Source: Macrostomum hystrix
Taxonomy: Eukaryota; Animalia; Platyhelminthes
Assembly (NCBI GenBank): GCA_950097015.1
Contig: CATNEN010000041.1
Coordinates: forward strand, 806,001 to 870,000
Reading direction: 5' to 3'
DNA: 64,000 nucleotides
Below the pieces are notes generated by a model. It saw only the letters and a program-made list of their open reading frames with translations, did no database searches and was not told the origin of the DNA. A program made the translations under genes and the position numbers. Positions 1-11,124 of this stretch are shown here, in pieces (within the stretch, counting starts at the first letter, position 1; each line of letters opens with the position of its first letter).

Positions 1-1009
1 GAAAATTAAGCCAAGTAGTTTATAATGGATTAAGCTTTTGGATTTTATGACGAGTACAATAATAAAAAAAAACCAACCCTAATTTTCTGGCAGACTTTCG
101 TCCACTTCGTAGAAATTGACTTAAAATGTTCAAATAAAGGAGTAGGTATTTGTGTTTCGTCTCATATAAAGCCTTCATTTTAAGACGAAGCTCTTGTCTA
201 AAGGCAAAAAATGATGGCTAGCGCACCTTGAATTCTTCGGAGCGAACTGACGAACGGAGGTCCTTAAAGAACTTCTCTGACCACTGCAATGTTTCGGAGT
301 GGGCGAGTTACTTTTAATGTGTGCTTACTGTCAGGTGAAGGCATGACAGCTCATCGACTTACCGATGACGCTTCTAGAAGAGCTATGAGCCTGTCATCCC
401 GGTTACAAAAGTACGCCACAATGTGCCGCCTTCTAGTTACCTGCTCCTGTAGAAAGAATGGATCGTAGCGGACGAGAAGCAATGACCAATATTTTGGTCA
501 AGAATTACAAAAGCCTTCAAGGTAGGTCTTTTTGCCCAAAGCGTTAGCGAAAATTTACCATGAGCATCTCAAGAGTTTTCTGCAGCTCGCGGCTGCGCTC
601 AGGGTCTGTCTCCGCTTCGCTCAGGTAGTGCAGTAGGATCCTGTGCAGGCAGCAGTAGACCCTGTCTGACAAGCAGCCAATGCGGTACAGGTGACTGAGG
701 AATCTGGAGTGCAGATGAAGATCTCTGTAAGTTGTTGTGCCATGCTACTTCACCGGTGACAAAGTGCACAGGCGAATTGCAGCTCAACTTACAGAATGCA
801 GTCCCGCTGTTGCAAGAGCATCGACCCATCGCATCCAGAGCATCGACATTCAAACTCCCTTCTGATAACGTCTGTAGCAATCACCTTCGCCCCTGGCTTC
901 GAGCAGGTCAGGTCTGGCTGGTATTCGAATGCGGATCGGCACTGCTGAGCAAGGACTCGAGCCTCTTCGGAGTCTAAGGTCAGCTGCAGACGAAATTAAA
1001 TTCAAACGA

Positions 1010-1132
1010 GCTGCTATAGCCAGACTGCCATAACTATGCTGCTATAGCCAGACTGCCATAACTATGCTGCTATAGCCAGACTGCCATAACTATGCTGCTA
1101 TAGCCAGACTGCCATAACTATGCTGCTATAGC
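1010..1132. repeat. 28-bp minisatellite (gctgctatagccagactgccataactat), ~4 copies, intronic
   Basis: Direct tandem periodicity. Confidence 0.97.
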
Positions 1133-3900
1133 GATATGGTGAGTGGGTGTGTGATATGGTGAGAGGGTGTTAGATATGGTGAGAGGGTGTTAGATATGGT
1201 GAGAGGGTGTTAGATATGGTGAGTGGGTGTGTGATATGGTGAGAGGGTGTGTGATATGGTGAGAGGGTGTTAGATATGGTGAGAGGGTGTTAGATATGGT
1301 GAGAGGGTGTTAGATATGGTGAGTGGGTGTTAGATATGGTGATTGGGTGTTAGATATTGTGAGAGGATGTGTGATATGGTGAGAGGGTGTTAGATATTGT
1401 GAGAGGGTGTTAGATATTGTGAGAGGGTGTTAGATATGGTGAGAGGGTGTTAGATATGGTGAGAGGGTGTTAGATATGGTGAGTGGGTGTGTGATATGGT
1501 GAGAGGGTGTGTGATATGGTGAGAGGGTGTTAGATATGGTGAGAGGGTGTTAGATATGGTGAGAGGGTGTTAGATATGGTGAGTGGGTGTTAGATATGGT
1601 GATTGGGTGTTAGATATTGTGAGAGGATGTGTGATATGGTGAGAGGGTGTTAGATATTGTGAGAGGGTGTTAGATATTGTGAGAGGGTGTTAGATATGGT
1701 GAGAGGGTGTTAGATATTGTGAGAGGGTGTTAGATATTGTGAGAGGGTGTTAGATATTGTGAGAGTGTGTGTGATATGGTGAGAGGGTGTGTGATATGGT
1801 GAGAGGGTGTTAGATATGGTGAGAGGGTGTTAGATATGGTGAGAGGGTGTTAGATATGGTGAGAGGGTGTTAGATATGGTGGAGGGTGTGCGATATGGTG
1901 AGCGGGTGTTAGATATGGTGAGTGGGTGTGTGATATGGTGAGAGGGTGTTAGATATGGTGAGAGGGTGTTAGATATGGTGAGAGGGTGTGTTATATGGTG
2001 AGAGGGTGTTAGATATGGTGAGAGTGTGTGTGATATGGTGAGATGGTGTTAGATATGGTGAGAGGGTGTTAGATATGGTGAGAGGGTGTTAGATATGGTG
2101 AGAGGGTGTTGGATATGGTGAGAGGGTGTTGGATATGGTGAGAGGGTGTTAGATATGGTGAGAGGGTGTTAGATATGGTGAGTGGGTGTTAGATATGGTG
2201 ATTGGGTGTTAGATATTGTGAGAGGATGTGTGATATGGTGAGAGGGTGTTAGATATTGTGAGAGGGTGTTAGATATTGTGAGAGGGTGTTAGATATGGTG
2301 AGAGGGTGTTAGATATGGTGAGAGGGTGTTAGATATGGTGAGTGGGTGTTAGATATGGTGAGAGGGTGTTAGATATTGTGAGAGGGTGTTAGATATTGTG
2401 AGAGGGTGTTAGATATGGTGAGTGGGTGTGTGATATGGTGAGAGGGTGTTAGATATGGTGAGAGGGTGTTAGATATGGTGAGAGGGTGTGTTATATGGTG
2501 AGAGGGTGTTAGATATGGTGAGAGTGTGTGTGATATGGTGAGATGGTGTTAGATATGGTGAGAGGGTGTTAGATATGGTGAGAGGGTGTTAGATATGGTG
2601 AGAGGGTGTTGGATATGGTGAGAGGGTGTTGGATATGGTGAGAGGGTGTTAGATATGGTGAGAGGGTGTTAGATATGGTGAGTGGGTGTTAGATATGGTG
2701 ATTGGGTGTTAGATATTGTGAGAGGATGTGTGATATGGTGAGAGGGTGTTAGATATTGTGAGAGGGTGTTAGATATTGTGAGAGGGTGTTAGATATGGTG
2801 AGAGGGTGTTAGATATGGTGAGAGGGTGTTAGATATGGTGAGTGGGTGTTAGATATGGTGATTGGGTGTTAGATATTGTGAGAGGATGTGTGATATGGTG
2901 AGAGGGTGTTAGATATTGTGAGAGGGTGTTAGATATTGTGAGAGGGTGTTAGATATGGTGAGAGGGTGTTAGATATGGTGAGAGGGTGTTAGATATGGTG
3001 AGTGGGTGTGTGATATGGTGAGAGGGTGTGTGATATGGTGAGAGGGTGTTAGATATGGTGAGAGGGTGTTAGATATGGTGAGAGGGTGTTAGATATGGTG
3101 AGTGGGTGTTAGATATGGTGATTGGGTGTTAGATATTGTGAGAGGATGTGTGATATGGTGAGAGGGTGTTAGATATTGTGAGAGGGTGTTAGATATTGTG
3201 AGAGGGTGTTAGATATGGTGAGAGGGTGTTAGATATTGTGAGAGGGTGTTAGATATTGTGAGAGGGTGTTAGATATTGTGAGAGTGTGTGTGATATGGTG
3301 AGAGGGTGTGTGATATGGTGAGAGGGTGTTAGATATGGTGAGAGGGTGTTAGATATGGTGAGAGGGTGTTAGATATGGTGAGAGGGTGTTAGATATGGTG
3401 AGTGGGTGTGCGATATGGTGAGCGGGTGTTAGATATGGTGAGTGGGTGTGTGATATGGTGAGAGGGTGTTAGATATGGTGAGAGGGTGTTAGATATGGTG
3501 AGAGGGTGTGTTATATGGTGAGAGGGTGTTAGATATGGTGAGAGTGTGTGTGATATGGTGAGAGGGTGTTAGATATTGTGAGAGGATGTGTGATATGGTG
3601 AGAGGGTGTTAGATATGGTGAGAGGGTGTTGGATATGGTGAGAGGGTGTTGGATATGGTGAGAGGGTGTTAGATATGGTGAGAGGGTGTGTGATATGGTG
3701 AGAGGGTGTTAGATATTGTGAGAGGGTGTTAGATATGGTGAGTGGGTGTTAGATATGGTGAGAGGGTGTGTGATATGGTGAGAGTGTGTTAGATATTGTG
3801 AGAGGGTGTTAGATATGGTGAGAGGGTGTGTGATATGGTGAGAATGTGTTAGATATTGTGAGAGGGTGTTAGATATGGTGAGAGGGTGTTAGGTGGTTAG
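1133..3900. repeat. 20-bp minisatellite (gatatggtgagagggtgtta), ~138 copies, intronic
   Basis: Direct tandem periodicity with variant units. Confidence 0.98.
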
Positions 3901-5533
3901 AGAGTATTAGATGCGATAGTGACAAAGTTGGCCTTGACGCGGGACACTTACACCTGGCCGAGAGCAGCAGGATTGCCACAGTTCCGAGGAGGGCTGGAAT
4001 TGAAAAGAAACGGAATTCTAAATAAAATCCGGTGGAATTCGGCTTGAAAGTTGTACTTCTCAACAGCTGAGATAAGCTGCTCGGAAACCAGGCCTGACCA
4101 CTGTAATCATAATATTCAGTGGCATATTTATGATACTATTTCTGCTTCGTCTTTAAAAAAAAAAAAACTCGGACCTTGTGAAGACTCGCATCGCTGTTGA
4201 GGGCTTTCAGTAACTCGTCGCGGCTTTCAGAGGCTTCTCTGGTGAGGCTGATCTTCTGCACCAAAAGTTTTCAGCGAAATTTTACTAGAATTTAGCTCGT
4301 TTGATTCAGATTTTAGAATTAAAATAAATTAATTTTTAACATCCGAACACCAAAATATCGAGTCTTGCAAGCCAAACCCTGTCGGTGTCTTCAGTAGCTC
4401 CTCCATTCTGAACAGTTCTCTTCTTCCTCACTGAAACTGGCGCAGTTGCTTCCATCAGGCCTGAGTTTTCCACCTCTGTTGACATTTCGTCAGGCATCTC
4501 AAGGCCGTCGCTCCACAGGTTCTTGAGCCTTTCCTGGGAGTAGCTGGAAGACATGATGCTTGCTGCTTAGGATTAGAAGCTTTGCTCTTGAAGGTCTTGA
4601 CGCTTGTGTATCGCTTGTCGGAATTCTCAAGGCCACTGCTCAAATCATGCAGCATTAGCTCCTAGTCTCTATGCAGCAAGCTTATTTCCAAGAAATTAGG
4701 CAAGCGCGACTTAAGTAGCTAAGGAATGGATTTCTAAGAAATTATTTGAACTTCAAAGAGAGAAATGTGAGCTGAGGTTGACATCTATGAGCTGACAAGC
4801 CATTGTTTTTTTAAGTACTCAAATTGTACACACAATTGTACACTCAAATTGTATCACACACATAGAGAGTGCTTACAAACAGTGTAATAGTAATAGTAAT
4901 AGTAATAGTAAAACTATTACTGAACTGTGAGCAAGCGCAGCCAGTTCTTTGAGACAGGCAGAAAGCAGCCACTAAGCTCCTATGCCGCAGCCAGTTCACT
5001 CTTGACTGCATTCATCGATTTCTGCTTTATTGCCGGTGGGGCTGCACAGGGGTCGGTAGCAATTCATCGTGCGGTCTTCTATGCGGGCGCAAGTACATTA
5101 TTCAAGAACAGAGGAGGGGTGCAGAATGGTAATGACAATTCGCGTGAGGGATTGTGCATAGAAATGTGAGTACACTAAAGCGGAACTTTCTAACAGTCTT
5201 CAGCTGGTAGTGACGCTCTGATCTACCATTTGAAACTGTTTTCTATTAGGGCCTTTTCTTAGGCCTCAATATCCTTAAAAAATTTACTTTTATTTTGAAA
5301 TTCACAAAGTTTCAATTATTGATTGAAAACATTGCATGAGGAAGTATCCTTGGCTTCCATTTGATTGTTGCTAACAGAACATCCGCTGCAGAAAATTGCA
5401 GCTGCATGCACTCGTGACTCTTGAATACAAAGCAGGAGGATTCGTACCAACAAAACCTAAAATCCCCAAAGGCCAATGAAACAGGTTTAGTCAGCCTCTG
5501 AAACTCCTCTCTGGCGCTTCAAAGCGACATCTC

Positions 5534-6216
5534 GGATCACCTGAGATACAGTCAGCAGGGATCACCTGAGATACAGTCTGCAGGGATCACCTGAGATACA
5601 GTCAGCAGGGATCACCTGAGATACAGTCAGCAGGGATCACCTGAGATACAGTCTGCAGGGATCACCTGAGATACAGTCAGCAGGGATCACCTGAGATACA
5701 GTCAGCAGGGATCACCTGAGATACAGTCTGCAGGGATCACCTGAGATACAGTCAGCAGGGATCACCTGAGATACAGTCAGCAGGGATCACCTGAGATACA
5801 GTCAGCAGGGATCACCTGAGATACAGTCAGCAGGGATCACCTGAGATACAGTCTGCAGGGATCACCTGAGATACAGTCAGCAGGGATCACCTGAGATACA
5901 GTCTGCAGGGATCACCTGAGATACAGTCAGCAGGGATCACCTGAGATACAGTCAGCAGGGATCACCTGAGATACAGTCAGCAGGGATCACCTGAGATACA
6001 GTCTGCAGGGATCACCTGAGATACAGTCAGCAGGGATCACCTGAGATACAGTCAGCAGGGATCACCTGAGATACAGTCAGCAGGGATCACCTGAGATACA
6101 GTCAGCAGGGATCACCTGAGATACAGTCAGCAGGGATCACCTGAGATACAGTCAGCAGGGATCACCTGAGATACAGTCAGCAGGGATCACCTGAGATACA
6201 GTCAGCAGGTCACCTG
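5534..6216. repeat. 25-bp minisatellite (cagggatcacctgagatacagtcag), ~27 copies
   Basis: Direct tandem periodicity. Confidence 0.97.
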
Positions 6217-6310
6217 ATGGTCCGCTACAATTTTATAATAAATCTCATCGAAAGGCGAGAACCCAAGCGCTGAAGAAAAATAACTGTATGGATAAAGAAT
6301 GAAGGAAATT

Positions 6311-6560
6311 CTCCCCGATCTGCAGCAGATTGACATGGAACTCCCCGATCTGCAGCAGATTGACATGGAACTCCCCGATCTGCAGCAGATTGACATGGAA
6401 CTCCCCGATCTGCAGCAGATTGACATGGAACTCCCCGATCTGCAGCAGATTGACATGGAACTCCCCGATCTGCAGCAGATTGACATGGAACTCCCCGATC
6501 TGCAGCAGATTGACATGGAACTCCCCGATCTGCAGCAGATTGACATGGAACTCCCCGATC
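6311..6560. repeat. 30-bp minisatellite (ctccccgatctgcagcagattgacatggaa), ~8 copies (fewer than 2 in copy B)
   Basis: Direct tandem periodicity; explains the repetitive ORFs at 6202-6730. Confidence 0.97.
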
Positions 6561-6665
6561 ATCGATCGACTCGGAATGTTGAATCGCTTGGTCAAAGCTC
6601 CGGTCAGCCGCCTCAGTCTGCTCCGGCGGCTCCGGCTGCAGTCGGTCTTGCTCCGCTGGCAGACC

Positions 6666-7612
6666 TCATGCGGGTTGCCGCTGGTTCGCAAGAGGCAGTG
6701 AGGTGACTGCGAGGAGTGACGAGAAGTCAAATAAAGCTTCTTGGGATCGAAAGCTGAAGATCATCCTGAAGATCGATATCGTTGGACTCGGGTTCAGAAT
6801 CAACGCTGGGTCCATCCAAGTCCTCCATTCGGTATTCGTCGGACATATCAGACAGTGATTCGTCACTTGCCTTGTACCAAGGGCGGTCACTCCGCCAAAT
6901 CCCCAGTCTGCTTCAGAAGTCAGATCCCATTCACAATCCCATTCAGAAGTTCCTTCCACTTTCTTTACCGCTTCCTGAGGCAAAAAGAGCTCCGATCCGT
7001 GACCACACACGCAGAGAGCAACTTTTTTGTCACTGCTGATCGCCTCTAGCCCAAAAAGTCTGGGGTCAAGCAGAGCCACCGCAGCGGCGCCGTCGATAAC
7101 GAAAACTCGTCCTCCTTCGCCTAGCAACCATGGGAGTTTACACTCAACGAAGTGAACTCTGCGCTTCACATTCGCAAAGCTGAGAATGATGAGGTTGAAA
7201 TGCTCATGCCAAGAAATGCTATTGACGAATTGTTCCATGTCGGAGCGGAGAAATTCCAGAGTGACCGGAATCCTTGACGAGATCAAGCTCTTCTTGGTCC
7301 GCAACTGTTCCAAAGGCCACTAGTACAGATCCACACCAGTGCAGTGCACGCTCCGAATACACATGCTGGACTTCTGATCGACAGCAGCAGCTGCACGAAG
7401 GCCAGCAGATCGCTGCCAGGACCTCAGCCTAGAGTCAGCACCTTGTAGTTAGCACCGGCTAGCCAAGATTGCAGACTTCAGCGGCTCCCTCATCAGTTCA
7501 CGAGCTTCCTCGGCAGCTCCTTGTCGGCACAGTCGCTCCGAAAGCTGTTGTCCGCGTAGAATCGCAGGCTGTTCTTTCCGCGGCTCGCCAGCCACTCCCC
7601 GAAAAGCGACAT
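6666..7612 (-). pseudogene. Class I SAM-dependent methyltransferase pseudogene, copy A
   Basis: Minus strand reads VLTLG*GPGSDLLAF...HCTGVDLY*WP...FNLIILSF...LLGEGGRVFVID, aligning with the intact ORF at 18002-19105 (VLSVGCGPGSELLAV...CVGVDKFWWP...FDLVVLSF...LLRTDGVICLID). In-frame stops at 7424-7426 and 7320-7322, plus frameshifts. Confidence 0.8.
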
Positions 7613-9796
7613 TTCTATTGCAGCTCATTCACAATGGCTGCAACTGATTTTAATGTTAAAATGTTACCACAGCCCCCTGCTCAACTGAGTTGTTTTCTAC
7701 AGCCCCCTACCTACAGCTTTAGTATTTTACTCTATACGGTGTACTCCAGACTCCAGACTGAACTCCAGGTCGTGATTTATGTTGTGCAATTGTTAAGCAT
7801 TGTTTAACGAATACTGGATTTTTTGTAGTTTTACAGTAGCCATAAAAGCATTGTTTCCCTGTACAAAGTGTACAATTAGCTTACCTCTGTGAGAAAATTA
7901 ACAGTTCGTTTCATTTTCACTTTTTTCTTTAAGTCAGAGAAAATGTTTTTCGATAAACTACTCTAAGTAGTACAATTTGCTTGAGGTGGCCTTCAGAACT
8001 AGCATTGTGTGCTATCATTCAGAGTGCAGTAAGGGTAGTTAAATCGCCACCTGAACTCTCGAACTAATGGCTGCTTGAGCTGCTGTCACACAACAGGGCG
8101 AAAAGATTGCCCCGAGTGAAGGGCGGGAAAGCCTGACCGGCTAACAATGAGACTGGTTCATTGTTCATTGGCTGCCGACATGTTCCATTGTTCGACACAC
8201 GACCGTCAAGTAGACAGAACCAACTGCTGGGGATATTCATGGAAAAATAAGATCACAGGAGGCCACGAGGCATTGTTGTGAGAGTTCACGGGAAAAAAAC
8301 AGCAAAAAATGGTCAGGGTACTGGTTCTACGCGCGCGTCCCGTCGTGGGACGACGAAAATAAGAAGCGCCTTGTTGCCTATTTTTTAATTCACAGCTTGT
8401 AATTAGAAAGAGAAAATGCATTTTGCCTGATTTGGTTTAAAAATAGTTCCATGGGTCTGAGTTTTAGACATGCTTTCGGTGATGATTTGCGAGTATGTGT
8501 CCAGAAACACAACTAGCATTTTAGGACTCTAGCATTTTTTCTTGCCCAGCCCGGTAGTTTTCAGTCTGCTCGTTTGCGGAAATTAGAAAACAGAACAGGG
8601 AAATCGATTTTTCATTGCTGGTACGCACTTTCACTGATATTGACATGGACGTGGGTGAATGAGGGACCAATGATCGGTTATAAGTGCTTGAATGTCTATG
8701 GTCACGAGTGCGCGCAATCACGATTGCATTCATGATCCTCGTAGATGATCTTGCCCATAGACTAAAGACTATAGGGCATCATACGATGCAACTGTCCTCG
8801 ATGGCAATGTTACTCTTTTCCATAGACTGATCTTAGTCATTTCTTAGCTTTTTGTTAAACGCACTCAAATATTTTGTTCGAAATTGTTGCTTTCTAGAGA
8901 CCATAGACAAAGGCGCGATTCCTTAGGTTTGTACTTTAAGTGTCTAGTTAAGCGAAGTGTACTTTACCGAACTGTAACCTTCGTTTTTTCTGGACTATTG
9001 ATTGCAGTCTGAGGGGATGGCCAGTAGAATAAAACTTCGATACGAAGCCCAACTGAGTCCTTTATTAGAGACTAAAGATTCGCCTGTCGGATGCATGTTT
9101 GCAGTGTAGTCGTTGCGCATTCAGTTGTGCCACGTGAACTGTTCTGTTGATTCAGTCGCCGGGGGCACCCAATTAAGTTTTCATACTGCAAACAGGCGGT
9201 GCTAGCAGCTGGGCATATCTGATGAAGCCCGGGCTGCTGCTGCTGCTGCTGCTGCTGAAAGTGCACCGCTTGGCGAGAAGTCGATAATGGCATCCAGCAA
9301 TAAAATTTCTGACAAGCGGGCCCAGTAAGGCAGCTTATTTGTACACAGTAAGGCAGCTCTCAAAATGATCCTTGATTGAATTCGAAAAGCACAAGGCTCA
9401 TTAGCAATGGGTTATGTGGAAGCGCATAACAAAGTTTCTGAATGTACAGAAACTTTCACGAGAAAGCTATCTAAAAATGATCTATACATCCATGCTAAAC
9501 CAAACTAAGCTGGATAAAAAGTCGACTGGTTGCCCTAGGAAACATCAAACTTTGTCAGGTGCAAGAAATAATGCAAAAAAAACGTTTCAAAAATTTAGAC
9601 CTTTTATTACCATTGTGCATTAGAGCTCGGAGGCGGCAGAGGAGAATCAGGGCGGGCTAAAAATAGAGCCAGCGTCTGAGACAATGGGATCCTCATAATA
9701 GCCAATGCCACACCATGCGGGGCAGTCTATGTAAATGGAAGTTTCTCCCAAAACAGAGAGGCTCAACTTTTCCGGTCTAGGAACTCTCTGAACCGG

Positions 9797-9873
9797 ATGC
9801 GGCCTCTGAGCTCCACACTGCTTTTGCTTGGCCTGCTGCTTGGGCCCAGCCTCTCGGAGGCCTCATCAGCGCA
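9797..9873 (+). pseudogene. Truncated 5' fragment (signal peptide only) of the PAN-mucin-glycine-rich gene
   Basis: MRPLSSTLLLLGLLLGPSLSEASSA is identical to the start at 28498, then runs into the 56-bp repeat and a TGA. Confidence 0.9.
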
Positions 9874-11016
9874 TTGATTATGAGCACACCTAGTAGGAGT
9901 GAGTTTCTTCAGTTCTTCAATGATGCGCATTGGTTATGAGCACACCTAGTAGGAGTGAGTTTCTTCAGTTCTTCAATGATGCGCATTGGTTATGAGCACA
10001 CCTAGTGGGAGTGAGTTTCTTCAGTTCTTCAATGATGCGCATTGGTTATGAGCACACCTAGTAGGAGTGAGTTTCTTCAGTTCTTCAATGATGCGCATTG
10101 GTTATGAGCACACCTAGTAGGAGTGAGTTTCTTCAGTTCTTCAATGATGCGCATTGGTTATGAGCACACCTAGTAGGAGTGAGTTTCTTCAGTTCTTCAA
10201 TGATGCGCATTGGTTATGAGCACACCTAGTAGGAGTGAGTTTCTTCAGTTCTTCAATGATGCGCATTGGTTATGAGCACACCTAGTAGGAGTGAGTTTCT
10301 TCAGTTCTTCAATGATGCGCATTGGTTATGAGCACACCTAGTAGGAGTGAGTTTCTTCAGTTCTTCAATGATGCGCATTGGTTATGAGCACACCTAGTAG
10401 GAGTGAGTTTCTTCAGTTCTTCAATGATGCGCATTGGTTATGAGCACACCTAGTAGGAGTGAGTTTCTTCAGTTCTTCAATGATGCGCATTGGTTATGAG
10501 CACACCTAGTAGGAGTGAGTTTCTTCAGTTCTTCAATGATGCGCATTGATTATGAGCACACCTAGTAGGAGTGAGTTTCTTCAGTTCTTCAATGATGCGC
10601 ATTGATTATGAGCACACCTAGTAGGAGTGAGTTTCTTCAGTTCTTCAATGATGCGCATTGATTATGAGCACACCTAGTAGGAGTGAGTTTCTTCAGTTCT
10701 TCAATGATGCGCATTGGTTATGAGCACACCTAGTAGGAGTGAGTTTCTTCAGTTCTTCAATGATGCGCATTGATTATGAGCACACCTAGTAGGAGTGAGT
10801 TTCTTCAGTTCTTCAATGATGCGCATTGGTTATGAGCACACCTAGTAGGAGTGAGTTTCTTTAGTTCTTCAATGATGCGCATTGATTATGAGCACACCTA
10901 GTAGGAGTGAGTTTCTTCAGTTCTTCAATGATGCGCATTGATTATGAGCACACCTAGTAGGAGTGAGTTTCTTCAGTTCTTCAATGATGCGCATTGGTTA
11001 TGAGCACACCTAGTAG
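9869..11016. repeat. 56-bp minisatellite (gcgcattggttatgagcacacctagtaggagtgagtttcttcagttcttcaatgat), ~20 copies
   Basis: Direct tandem periodicity, very homogeneous, no unique spacers. Confidence 0.98.
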
Positions 11017-11124
11017 TTCAGAATCTTTATTAACTCAGAAAAAAAGTTAAAAATAGATTCAGCCGTCTCAACTTTGAATAAGTGTAAAGTAATGCTTAAA
11101 AAATTCCTGCCGCGCATCTCGCAG

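Larger units (their letters stand above)
227..4554 (-). pseudogene. Copy A of exons 1-8 of the MIF4G-like/methyltransferase gene; exon-3 donor deleted; 3' exons lie outside the window
   Basis: Same exons as copy B (MSSSYSQERLK..., KISLTREA..., WSGLVSEQL..., LTLDSEEARVL...). A 35-bp deletion at 4047/4048 removes the GTATGG donor present at 22894-22899. Confidence 0.7.
1..9873. repeat. Segmental duplication copy A (matches 19248-28574; probably continues left of the window)
   Basis: Near-identical sequence from gaaaattaagccaag (1 / 19248) to gcctcatcagcgca (9873 / 28574). The copies differ by SNPs, small indels and minisatellite copy number. Confidence 0.97.

Noticed and set aside
7424-7426. 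TGA at the Cys position of methyltransferase motif I as selenocysteine (also 26134-26136)
   Set aside because: The same frame has a TAG/TAA stop and frameshifts nearby, so ordinary pseudogene decay explains it.
8693-8909. Small MITE bounded by tgtctatggtc / gaccatagaca (also in copy B)
   Set aside because: Only an 11-bp inverted repeat, no clear TSD and no independent copy.
9072-9293. PolyQ ORF from the (ctg)n tract
   Set aside because: No homology or splice support; a simple trinucleotide repeat.
9869-11016. CRISPR-like array (also considered for the other arrays)
   Set aside because: Units are contiguous with no unique spacers, there are no cas genes, and the context is eukaryotic and intron-containing.
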